The notes below the pieces were generated by a model that saw only the letters and a list, made by a program, of their open reading frames with translations, did not search any database and had not been told where the DNA came from. Shown here in pieces: positions 1 through 13,677 of a DNA stretch of 64,000 nt. The position numbers and the translations under genes were made by a program. Location of the stretch: positions 1 to 64,000 of the forward strand of contig JAAPAO010000075.1 in assembly GCA_013115145.1 (NCBI GenBank), written 5' to 3'. The DNA comes from Perkinsus chesapeaki ATCC PRA-425 (taxonomy: Eukaryota > Protista > Perkinsozoa). Position 1 is the stretch's first letter; the number at the start of each line of letters is the position of its first letter.

Positions 1-283
1 CTAACTGATGTCACGACGGAGCGAAGTAAAGCACGTTTCGCAACTTTCCCACTTCCATCTCCGAGATGGAACAGAATGGTTGAGTGGTGACACGGTCAGT
101 TGGACACGAGTAAGGGCGTAAGTTCAATTCCAGCATGCGTCGAATAATTGCTAATGGCCATTCGAGGGTGATCAGGGGAAAGTGTGGTATCAACTACTTA
201 TGCGAAATTGTTTATAGAGTGGCTTGAATTCCGGGATCTTTCCCTGAATGCGAAATAGAAAGGTGCAGTTGTTTATCAGCCTC

Positions 284-2534
284 ATGGCAGAGCAACCGCC
301 AGTGGAGCACGCCAAGCTCAATAGGGATGAGTTTACAACTGAGATCACTGTCCTGGGAATCCGAGTGCCCATAAAGGAAGTACAGAGATGGACCAAAGAT
401 CCCAAAATAGGAAAATACTTATTGCGATTACCTCAAATCCGCCCAGTACAGGCAGATCCCACAGAGCCGAAAGTGTATAAAATAATATGCTTCAAACCCG
501 GAACGAAGAAAGAGGATCTGCCCGATCGAGTTAAGCAGCATGGTGTTGTTGAGCACGTCATTGAGCGACGATACGAGCACATGAGCACCGAGGAGGTATT
601 GAGGAAGCTTCTGCCGGCCGAGCTGGAAGTGCCTAGCTCATTCGAAACTGCCGGGCATATAGCTCACTTCAATCTGAAGGATTCACACATGCCATACAAG
701 AAGGTTATCGGACAGGTGGTCCTTGACAAGAACCCTGCTATTAAGTTGGTTGTCACTAAAGTGGCAAATTTGAGCAATGAGTTCAGAACTATGAACTTGG
801 ATGTGATGGCTTGCGCTGAAGGCTGCGATCCCACCAACTTCATTACTACGGTTAAGGAAAATGGAATGCAGTTTAAATTGGACTATTCAAATGTGTAGTA
901 CTGGGGAAAGGGCTTGAACGATTCCTGCTTATCTTGAATGCATTAGAAGCTTCTTCTCCTCTACTGAAGTAGCCGTTAAGACGGGTTATTATTTTCACAG
1001 AAGACTTTGATCTCTGTTATTCCCCACAGTAGTGCAATGCAGGTCGCAGAGTACCGCGCTTTACGCAAAGTCATTTCGCGGATGGAGACGCTTCCACGGT
1101 TAGATACTGGAACTCCCGGTTGTCGACGATGCGTCAGGGTCTGCTGAATGACCTCACGCCAGCCACCTCAGTTGTTGTGGATATGTGCTGCGGTATAGGA
1201 GCTTTCGTTATAATGGCCGCAAAAAGAATCGGTAATACAAGTCCATCGCTCCTCGGGGAATAGCTTTGCTCAGGGTGCCGAGTATATGCAAACGATTTGA
1301 ACCCGGAGTCCACGAAATGGTGTGCGGAGAACATGAAGCTGAATAAGGTCCCCTCTGAGCTCATGACGGTCTCTACCGAGGACGGCCGGGATTTCGTAAT
1401 AAAACGGGTTACCAACGATTCCTGGGAATCTGGAGTCGCTGCTGTTTACAATTATATAATTACCACTTGTAGACATATTCCCAGAGATGTAGTGGGAATT
1501 TTGGTAGAAATGTGTTTTGGGTGAAGAAACAGAAATCATTTCTTATAGGAGCTTTTTGTCTCCCTATGTAGATCGCTGACGCTGGTGGCTTCTCACTATT
1601 CGGCTGGAGAATCCACAGCACTTTCCAGCCGTTCTTTCGCCCTAATTTGACACTTGCTTACGGAAGTCTCATAATCGCCTTGGTGACTGCGTGTTGTCAC
1701 ACAGGTGAAGCGATTGGCTCGGGAAGGTGTGTTTGATGATAAGATGGATTTTCATTTCTATATGAATTTGCCGTCCATCGCTATCACATTTTTGGACGTA
1801 TTTGTGGGCCTTCTGAAGGGACATGAGGGAGCGGCGGAGAAGGCGAGATTCTTGGTAAGGGGGGGGGAGTTGGAGGATGGGCTCTGGCTTTCAGCTTGAA
1901 ACTTGAACAACAGCTTGAGCGTTACTAAAATATACAATCTATGATCTCTATGATGCATCTATCATTTCTAATGTGTTGCAACTTTTGAGGGTAAAGTCGG
2001 AAAACGGAGTATCTCTGGCAAAATACGGTCTTCGCATGGCTTGTTATGTATTTACTATCGGATTTTCATACCAGTATCTTGATCATAGCCGCCGTGATGG
2101 GGGGTACCCGTGGAAGGGTAAGCAGGGAGTGTTTTGGATCCTTATATAGGTTTGCTCGAGGGGAGGGGGCGAGCTTTGTAGCTTCAGTGTTAGCAAGCTC
2201 GCCTGTCTTGAGGTGCTCTGGAGAGTCACCGCTCATCGTGGATCAGGTGCACTGTCATTGCTTCGCTCGAGAAGATCCGCCGAATGACGAGCTTTACACG
2301 GCTGCTGATAGAGCGATGGAGAACAAAGAGGGCATTAAAGTTGATAGACGATTAGGTGGGGCGAAGGATCAGCTGAGGGGTGAGGATGATAGAAGTGTTC
2401 TGCCAGTTTCGATCAATGAAGTTCGTGATGTAGCACCAAATAAGAGGATGTACTGCTTCGAGTTCGCGGTGCCCAAGGAGATTCTCCTGGCCACCAGGCC
2501 GGATGAGGAGCCGCCTGCTAAGAGGCAAAAATAA
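284..2534 (+). CDS. TRM5: tRNA (guanine37-N1)-methyltransferase Trm5, multi-exon
   Basis: Exon translations carry Trm5/Met-10 motifs: SSFETAGHIAHFNL, VVTKVANLSNEFR, VVDMCCGIGAF (SAM binding, ~1180), YANDLNP, FYMNLP, and C-terminal VHCHCF...VRDVAPNKRMYC. The last exon starts after cag at 2246 (donor gtaagg at 1855) and stops at 2534. Start set at ATG 284; an in-frame ATG also exists at 248. Confidence 0.9.
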
Positions 2535-4143
2535 ATCACGTTGTGTTTCCGTGTGATAATGTATGAGTTGTTAGTAACCTGGTGAACATCATCCTTGCAA
2601 GGCAACCCAACGCGAAGCGGAAATGAGTTTGACGCTGCCAACCTTAAGTGTCATATAGCGCGTTAAGTGGGGACTTCCCTATCAAGACGATAGTTACAAA
2701 ACTGCTTATTAGTATTACCGTGACATTGTACAGAAGCTCGTATATGAGTGAGCAGGAGGTGTGTTGTCGGACAGAGGACGACCTGATGCACAGCAAAGGG
2801 CGGTACTCATAACCTTTAAGAGTGGATCATCAGCCAACACAAGTGAATAGGTTGATGCTCTGGTTGGAGAGATAAGGCGAAAAACAGACACCATCGAATA
2901 TCCACATTCAGTGAAATGGTACAGAAGCACGATACATACATTTATACTCATCATAGACGTATATGGTGTTGTGTCACGGACGCGCCACTCCCTCTGTCCG
3001 TACAGCTTTTACTAACGAGACACCTCGTTTGCTCACATCAATAAACGTATAGCAAGTTGACAATCGACCGCTGGCAATATATTAAGATGTCGTAGAGCCT
3101 ATCAGCCGGTACCGTAACAAATTGTGTGCTTGAGGGTATAGTCCAACTTCGAATGAGGCTTAGTTAAGATAATCCATTCTATTTGCAACTTGAACCGAGT
3201 CTAAAACGTAAACTGTGTGTCACTGTACGGATCACCGAATAGAAATGTAACTAGTCAAAAAATCCACTAACGCTACCAAGGGCCTGCATGCAAATGCCAA
3301 AACCCAATGGCTCCTACCATACCACAAGCCTGACTTCTAGGACTCGAGGGATTCAGTCTAACCACTGAGTATCCGTGAGTAGAACTACCTGCGTGAGACA
3401 AACCCCTCGAAGATTTGGAAGTACCTTACCCCGAAAGATCGACCCTCCCTCTAAGAGTTCTGTTTGTGATAATTCATACCCATATTTCACGAGTATATAA
3501 AGCAACTAGCAAATAAAGCACACATTACATATTTCAACAAAAAAACAACAGAGACGGCCCGATTCTCGCCCAGGAGTGCCGGCAGAAGGGTCGTCACGAC
3601 CCGCCACGCTCGTCACGTCGGCCGTCACGGCCGAAGCCGGTTAACACTTATCGGGATCGAGTAACACTAGTAATGATGGGTAGAGATGGATAGACGAGAG
3701 ATACCTCTACTCATACTAATGTGTGGTGATTAAAGGCCTGTTATTACTCTCTTACGTGCGTACAGAACAGTGACCGTTCAACTGTCTAGTAGACAGTGTC
3801 TACTTGTTTATTTGTGCAGGCAATCACTGCTCCGACTATTGCGTCCTTGAAACTATATGAGAACAAGGGGGTCATAGAGGAACAACAGATTTTGGGTCCA
3901 GCGAAAGGAATGCATTTTATATTCCCACTTGCTCTAACAACATATCTACTAAAAAAGTTCCCATTACATCTCGACATTAGGGAACACTTTGTAAGCCTCG
4001 AGGAATACTAGGGCGGTCGATGAATAGCTGGTGAGAACTATCATTACACAGCAAGGGGATAAAGCTACTCGGAGAAACAGGGGAATCCAGCTGCTTGCAG
4101 GGACTCGACTGGTTCTCTCAATGCATCTCTCATTCGCATTACG

Positions 4144-4666
4144 TATACACCGCGCGTCAAATTCTTATCAACTCGTGTTTTTCAAGAGTTTAAGAACAAC
4201 TAAGGTGTACTCATCAACGATTGCCTCAAGGATACGCTCCCTAGCCAAAATAAGTATATCCTCCAAGGTTCAGAACCAAACTCTTTGTCAGTAGTGAGTA
4301 ATTGAGAAATTCGTGCAAGATCGGTGCGACGCATTCTTAGAAACCACAGCTTGAAAATGCACGCAAAACTCATGTTTTTGTTAGGGAAGTATATTAAAGC
4401 AGATAATTTAGACCTGATCACATACACCATTGGAAAGCTCGTCATTTCTTCACTATATGACATGAGTTTCGTAGTCTAGCTCCGCGTTAATGAGACACAC
4501 TTGGCCGTTGAAGCAAAAGTATCCCGACAGCTGTCATTTTTAGCTGTGAAAGTCCATTTTTTGGCGATCACAACGCATAAGGTCCGTGACAGGAAGCAGG
4601 GTCGAGAACTACGCTACGAAACCCTTGAAAAACACGAGTTGATAAGAATTTGACGCGCGGTGTATA
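4144..4666. mobile_element. Non-autonomous TIR element (MITE, Tc1/mariner-like TA flanks), about 520 bp
   Basis: tatacaccgcgcgtcaaattcttatcaactcgtgtttttcaag (4144-4186) is the exact reverse complement of 4624-4666. Both ends are flanked by TA. No transposase ORF inside. Confidence 0.8.
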
Positions 4667-4789
4667 TAAGGTTGGTATTGAATGAATGATGTACCTAGTT
4701 ATTGTGAGATTCTGGAGATTGTGATTGTCATCTCAAATCCGTGAGCGTGTGATTCTGAGTGTGCCTGTCTTCAGCCATCGAATGCCCTG

Positions 4790-7120
4790 ATGATCAAAAC
4801 TACTACCGCATTCATTTTCGTCACCATTCAAATCGCTGTGCAGATAAACTGCGGACTGGGAATAGTCAGTTGGAATAAGGCGGACTTCGAGGGACAGCTA
4901 GTCGACCACGAAGCGGGTGGTACTTTATTGATTCTATACTGTAACTCTTAAGCGAATGATAAGCAGGCTTATACCTCAGGTCCGGCAGGCGGAACCTTTC
5001 GACAGCGGGGTCTAATCAACACGCAGTTTTACAATCCAAAAAAGCCGGTGCAGTCGCGAAACTTACGAACGTGACTGCGTGGTGAGTTTGTTGTCGGTGG
5101 TCAGGTCCTTTTCCTCTGTGTAGCACAAGAGGCAACTACGAGCAGCGCGGGCTACGAAATGATTGTCCCTGCCATCAAAAATAATGCCGTCATGATGGTA
5201 CTCGAGCACAGGTACAACGTGCGCGCACGTCGTGCGCGGTATAAAGTCAGAGTTTCTCGGTCGTAGCTAGTAGGATTACTAATCCTACTAGGATTGTGCA
5301 GCACAATCCTTAGTCGGAATCCATAAGATTCCAGACAGCGTTCGAACTGTCCACTACCTATATCACTATCGCGTAGGTTCTTTGGGCAAAGCTTACCGAC
5401 GAAGGATTTCTCGGCAGCTACACTAGAGAAGCTACACACAGTTCATCAAGCTCTAGAAGACTTAAGATATGCCGCGGCTAAGCAAGTGCCACAGTTGCTT
5501 CGCCCAAAAGGCGATTTGAAGATACTTCTATTCGGATACAGCTATACTGGAGTACTGTACATGCGAAAATTCATCGCTACCCACACCTCACTGTCCTCAG
5601 ACACTAGCTGCTTGGGCCAGACAACAGTATCCCACCAGTGTCACTGGAGCAGTCGCCTCATCATCCCCATTCGATATAAAAGTTGCGAATGACGCGTGAG
5701 TGACTCATTTAATGCTTCCTGGTGAGCTTATTCTCAGTATGAAGCATTTTCCGTAATGGAGTGGGTAAAACCCACCTACTTTTAATTTGAGCCTGTCAAC
5801 AGTAGCGGTTACTGAGTGACCAATCGATAGTCCGATTTCCAATCTAGTTCGAAATCCAACTACTAGATCAAGGCACTTGTGAGCTCGGTCTCACTTGTTT
5901 GTAGTTACTTTCCTTGTAGGTACAATTCTGTTGCTGCTGCAGACTTTGAACGGTATGATCTAGGCGGTAGCAGCGCTTGCCTCTCAGAGGTAAGCAGAGT
6001 CGGCTTTCTTCGCTCACCGCATATTGGTCAGGTGACGAAAGCTCATCAAGCGTTCTCAGATGCCTTGGGGTCACCCGAAGGGCAGCAAAAACTAGAAGGT
6101 ACCTTCCGCATCTGTAGGGGAAACTTAGCGACGAAGAACAATCAGTTCCTCGCGTAAGGCCTATACGCAACATATGGACGTCGACCTTATACGACATACG
6201 TTTAGGGCAGGATCGAGTGCGCTTCTCGGTGTTCCAATACAATATAATGACCCAGCCTGCCAAGGGAAGTACTGTAATATCGCTAAAATATGTGAGCGGT
6301 TCACGTCTGGCGGGTAGGCTTTCGGATGTATGAAGCCAACTTCACTGCTATTCGAATTTCAGAGACGCTCCGCTTGAAAAGCTCGCTGACATATTCAATA
6401 CCAACAAGCCCCTGAAAAGCGATACTGATTGCCATCAGTATGATTGGGAGAATACTATGAAGCAGTAATGTCCCTCGGTAGATCAGCCGGCATTTTCGTA
6501 AAACGGCTGATGCTGAGCTGGCATGTAGCCGGGTCGTTCGTCTTCAGGCTTGCGGACCCCACGAACAGTAACATCCTCAAGATGCTTTATTTCATTATAT
6601 GCAATGGCCGGGGTCTTAGCGCCACTTGTGATAAAGAAAACAAATGTCCCTTCCTAAGAAGTTCAAGTTGGATGGATTATCATTTTGAAGTGTGTGACCG
6701 GTTATTTGGTTACTCGAAGCAAAAAGTGCGTCACTTCATTACTTATTATTGCTCATCACTGGTATTGGACTCCTTGTAAGGTTCAGCAAAAAGTTGAGGC
6801 TGTTCGGCAGAAATACGGAGGAAAACTATTACCTGGTGCGACGAATATAGTCTCGATTAATGGAGATGCTGACCCTTGGTACAAAACATCGATAACAAGT
6901 GACACAGCTGGCGTTAATACATTTACGGTACGTGTAGATAGTTCGCTAGAGCATGTTCAGGAGTGACAATAGGTACGAGGCGCCTCGCACTGTTATTGGA
7001 AGCAAAATAAAAATGAGTGAGTGGGGCGGCGGGAGTTCTGAAAGCTCTGATCTACTGAGCTAGCAGAGATTCTTTCTCACAGAGCGATTTCATTAGCAGA
7101 GTGAGTCATCATCACTCGGT
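4790..7120 (+). CDS. Secreted serine peptidase, family S28 (prolylcarboxypeptidase / thymus-specific protease-like), many introns; 3' end approximate
   Basis: Signal-peptide-like start MIKTTTAFIFVTIQIAV. Exons read FEGQLVDH, AVMMVLEHR|FFGQSLPTKDFS, VHQALEDL, LLFGYSYTG (nucleophile motif, ~5540), YGG..ATNIVSINGDADPW and GASHC, which are the S28 family motifs in the expected order. Integrity of all exons not verified. Confidence 0.75.
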
Positions 7121-10100
7121 CATGCCCCTGAGGATTTTAGCTCGTGAATTCATAGGGCCACTTAAAGCCAAAGTTTATGTTTTAACTCGTAATTGAAAGG
7201 TTCCCGAGTTAGGCAACTGCATATCAATGAATAAGTGATAAGAACATATCAAATATTATATAAAATAAATAATTATATTTGCCTGAATAATAAATAGAGA
7301 ATGATTCTCCGTATGGTACCACTCCTGCGACTCGCAAGGTCGTCTTTTCTCAGTGCTGTTAACACCTTCGTGAATCAAGCTGTCAAGGTTTGGTTGGAGT
7401 AGCAAGAGGAGTAGCAATGAGTAACAAATTCGTCACTGTTTGAGATCGAGCTTATTCGATGATTCTCAGTCCGCTAAATATGGAGTCATCGTCATAAGTC
7501 TCGTCAATATCAACTTGTCCTTCTCATTCAGGATGGCTATTTAGCTTGTTTAGCCATCTTAGTCTTAGACCTTCACCGTTCCCAAGTTCTTAAGTCCTTC
7601 GATAACGTGTAGTTTTTGCGTTTTTCAAGTGTTATACCCTACAGCAGGGCATTGCTTACGCCTCACAGCCTATCCGTGGGTGTTTGAAGGTTTGATTTGC
7701 GGAAATTATGAGCTTTTCGCAAAGCTGAATGTAAATCCAACCCTATTTGTGCCTAACAATTTGCAATCATCAGAGCTCAAGAGAAGCTCTTATAAGTATA
7801 AAAATACGCATCAAATCCCCTCGAAAGTTACACATAGAACGGATACTCGAACTAAGCCATGGACTGTAACCTCAAAGGCACGCTTTTGCGCTGAGACCCA
7901 CATGTATTACATGTGGGTCTCAGCGAAATACATGTCATGTAAGAGGGAAGGTTAAACTTTGAGGTAAGTTCATCAGGTAACCTCTCTTACCCTTGGAGAA
8001 GATCCTCATTGATAGCCCGTAAACCTTAGTATGGGTGATGCGATTATCGAATCGTGATAAAGTACAGAACAAACGGCAATCCACACATCTGTGATGCTCG
8101 CCTGTAGTGCCATTGGCCATTGTTGGTTTTAGTATAAATTATACTGTATAATACTAAAACCAACAATGGGCACTACTCTAATAATTAGAGTAGTGTCGGG
8201 AAACAGTTTTTCGCCGATGCTTCGGTGACCAAAGCCATTCGATTCAAATAGCGATCGTTGTTTAACAGAGATATGGTGCCGGTCCATGAAACTAATAGTT
8301 TCAAACTATCATGATGAAAGTATCCATTGGGAGGATACGGCCGTTACGGTATCACTACCACAGTCATTCTCGTCCTGGCTGAGAAGCCTGCTGTAGGAGT
8401 CTGGAACATACGAGCCTGCTGCTCCAAAACGTACCTTACTTTTCAAGGGAATCTACAGGTGGGCAATCTTACTTTCGTAAGGGGAAAAAGGGCAAAGCAC
8501 GGACTGCACTGTAATAGTGCAGTCCGTACTTTGCCCAGTACAGTGACTGTATGGTACAAGTTTCCGAGGGAGGTTGGAGTGTACAGCGCAGTTCCCTATG
8601 GAGTACGTGCATCATTAAAACGACGCTACAATTAGAAACGCATAATCACAAACTGGTCCTGGATGTTAAAAGCTGATCAAGAACTAATGACTCAACTCGA
8701 AAAGATAATCAGTAGCGCAGTGACAGAGATAGAACATTTTAAGAAACCTGAAAGCGGTTCGCTTTACATGTCGAAGGTAGTACCTTTGAGGTACAGCACG
8801 GGGCGGTGTTTTGGTATTTGTAAGCTGATCCCCAACCAGCGCAATAACAGGACTGGCTAACACTTAAAGGAATACACCCAAGGTGCAGCACTACTAGCTT
8901 CATTCCTAGAGTGAAGCTGGTGAAGAAGAGAGCTAAATTGTTTAACTGAGCTAAATTAGCTCTATTATCCACCAACTAAGGTATTTTAATTCAATCTTGT
9001 CACGGAGCTGCAGTCGATCGATGCCCCCAAGATGAATTTATCAAGGCTATAAAGCATCGAATACCCGGGCTATTCAACCTCCGTATCGTAAGGACTAGTA
9101 CGGTACTATACAGTAGTACCCGGGTGAGAAAATCGGAGCTTCTGGTCTTCCCACTGAAAATACAAGCTCTCTAACCCATACGGCGCACATGGTAGTACCA
9201 TGCGCCATGATGGTTTGCGTACGAAATCAACGGAAGTCGAGAACATGCGCTTCTGAGTACGAAAGATTCCATTCGCCTATATGCCTAGTCTTTCACTTTC
9301 ATAACATAGGATCCTGATTCCTTGATTGGGGACCCCTTGGGCTAGACTACCCTCACCTAGTGTATCCTAGGCAAGGTTCCTTAGGCGGGAGCTATATAAA
9401 CGCATACAAGAAAGAAAAGCGGTGAGCGTACGGAACAGAAATGTTGAGCCTTGGTACACATACTTGTGGACATGGTGTTGAATCTCTCGTCTTTAGCCTA
9501 AAAAGGTTATCACTAACGTTCGAAGGTAGCAACCACCTCGTTAGTATCGAGCGTATTATAGGTTTCTGGAGTTGAAGAATGCTAGGAGTTGAGCTCATAC
9601 TAGATGAGTGGTCCAGTGGGCATGGCGTGCAGCCTGCACGGTGCAGGCAAGAGTAGCTTTGCCACCTCTGGATCACACCGGCATGGTAGCAAAACGGAGC
9701 GGTATTGATTACATGTTAATACCAATAGGCTATTGATTTCCACGGTGAAGCAGCTATACTAAGGAATCAGGACTAAGGAGTACAGTTTTAAAAAAGGGAA
9801 CGTGCTAAAACAGCTCATTTAGCTAGCATGAGCATTGAGCTCAGCTCAAGCGCAGCTGCTCCGTTTCGGGGCTTAACTCAACTCCCCTACTCACAGGGAT
9901 GCGAGTCGAGCCGTACTACTAGGGCTGCCGTAGTATCAGATGTACGGGAAGCCAGAACAGTCCCCAGTTGCGCAGCTCAAGCTCAAGTGGAGCAGATCAA
10001 GCTCGAATTGAGCAAGACGAAGGTATCCTTTAAGCAAAGGCACAGTTCCTGCTCTGATACCAGCATCAAGTTGAGCTTTACGTTTGTTTGGATTTCACTT

Positions 10101-10304
10101 GCCTTGTAGCTTGGAGTTATGATCACCGACCATCGACTGCTAAGACTCAGCAGGACTCAAAAGGAGTCCTTTTAACAGTTTAACTAGTTTGAGTCTTAGT
10201 CCGTTTAAAGGGCTAAGACTCCAACTAGGCGTATTACTTAGCAGCTAAGTAATACGGCTAGTTTCCTTACCAATCTCTTAAGTTATATTTCCCCCTTGTC
10301 TCAC

Positions 10305-11839
<1,535 letters not shown>

Positions 11840-11840
<1 letters not shown>

Positions 11841-11938
11841 NNNNNNNNNNNNNNNNNNNNNNNNNNNNNNNNNNNNNNNNNNNNNNNNNNNNNNNNNNNN
11901 NNNNNNNNNNNNNNNNNNNNNNNNNNNNNNNNNNNNNN
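11840..11938. other. Assembly gap (about 99 N)
   Basis: Run of n characters. Confidence 1.
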
Positions 11939-13677
11939 AGCTTTGGCAGTCTCTCTATTTGATTAAATTCATTCAGGTATCTGTGGCATTTTGTCTGATC
12001 CAAGTGTCCCTAAGCAAGCGTAGCTTTGGCAGTCTCTCTATTTGATTAAATTCATTCAGGTATCTGTGGCATTTTGTCTGATCCAAGTGTCCCTAAGCAA
12101 GCGTAGCTTTGGCAGTCTCTCTATTTGCTTCGTCTCACCTGGATCCTATTTTGTAATTGCTGTGCTGATTTTTCCAGCTTCATTATCCTTCGTTATACAC
12201 CCGCAGCCTAGTCTCATTGAACACAGCTGTATGAACAATACTCATGTAGATATGTGAAGAGTGAATAGGTGGCCTTATCAGAATCCCAGCTCTTGAACCT
12301 CATACGATGCTTCTCCACGGCATCCTAACTCCGTGCAAAATGTCATTGCACTTAGGTTTCGTATCCAATATAAGGAGTGTTGTGGTTAAGGATAAGTTTA
12401 TGGGGTTATTGACAGTCGTGAAATGGTAGCAAGCAATAGAAGGTTATGGACAGAGTTGGTGGAGAACTGCAAATGCCTTTCAACAAGGGCGAAGACTCTA
12501 GTAAGTTTTCCTTGCTAGCCCTGTTAGAGACAGACAGCCTCGATTAACTTTGTGATGGTCTCAATGGTCTCATATGTTGCATCTATTTTTCATACAACTA
12601 AACGCAGTACTTACTAATGATTATGTGGCGGTGGACAGGCGGCATGGACGATCAAAATAGTCCCGAATGCTTGGATGAAGAACATCATTATCCTTTGAGA
12701 AGCTGACGGACCAACGTGGGTTCCACGCTGTTATTGTGCCTGTTGGGTCCCCTCGGGAAGGATAATGTCTACATACTACATTGCGCACCGCTGAGTGGAG
12801 ATGAAGTAAGAACGCGACTTCCATGAAATTGGAAGCTCAGCTGCGACTTAGACTGACATTCCAGCGCTCGCTCACCTGTCTTCCTGTTAACCATATTTCC
12901 ACCAGGCAAGTGCCTCTCTTGACAGACTGTGAAGGTTTCGGCGAAGGAACGAACACTTCTCGCTGCCCTAAGGAACGTCACAGCTTCAACGTCGACTATT
13001 GCAAGACAGCTGACCAGTCCTTCCGCAACTCCGACTCTCGGCCCTGACCACAGATAACTTATGTGACCGGCTACATGCATGCACTCACCTGCACCGACGG
13101 AGTGTTCGAACCTGACCTGGCTCTTCTAGTGATTCCGTAGCTTCGAGCTCTCAATCTGAATATCTTGATTGGAACTAGGATACTGCTTTCCAGTGTTACC
13201 TCGTGGACTTGTTTAGTGACTCTAGTCTATCTTCGGAAAAGTAGCTTCTGAAGATGGATGCACTATCCACCACCTTCTTAAGAGCCTTACTGCATAACAG
13301 AGCGCAGCGCACGGCGCTCATCTCCTCGGCATTCAGACTCATTGATTCGTTGCGAGTTCGCTTTTGGGTCTGGAGGCCTATATTGGTTATTCACCATCGA
13401 AGAGTGTAAGACCTAACCAGCGATATAGAGCAAGTTCATCTTGCGCAGATCAGCCAAGGCGGTCCCGACGCATTTCAGTTTCTCGCTCGCCCAAAAATGA
13501 TTTTGGGCGAAACGGCTGGCGGAGCTGAATCGCAGCGGGTCGCAAAGTCGACGAATCAGAGTTCGCTTTCTCGTACGTGGAATGTTTGCAAGTCCCCTGC
13601 GCCGTTACTGATTGGGTGAGATCGCTCGGTAATGCTTCGTTCTTAGAACTCTGTGCGCTTTTTGTCGCATCTTTCTC

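Noticed and set aside
2046-2534. 162-aa ORF as a separate gene
   Set aside because: Its 3' part is the last exon of TRM5 (VRDVAPNKRMYC); the 5' part is intron read-through.
12700-13140. Cys-spaced exon-like fragments (sushi/EGF-like?)
   Set aside because: Too short and fragmented to build a gene model or name a domain.
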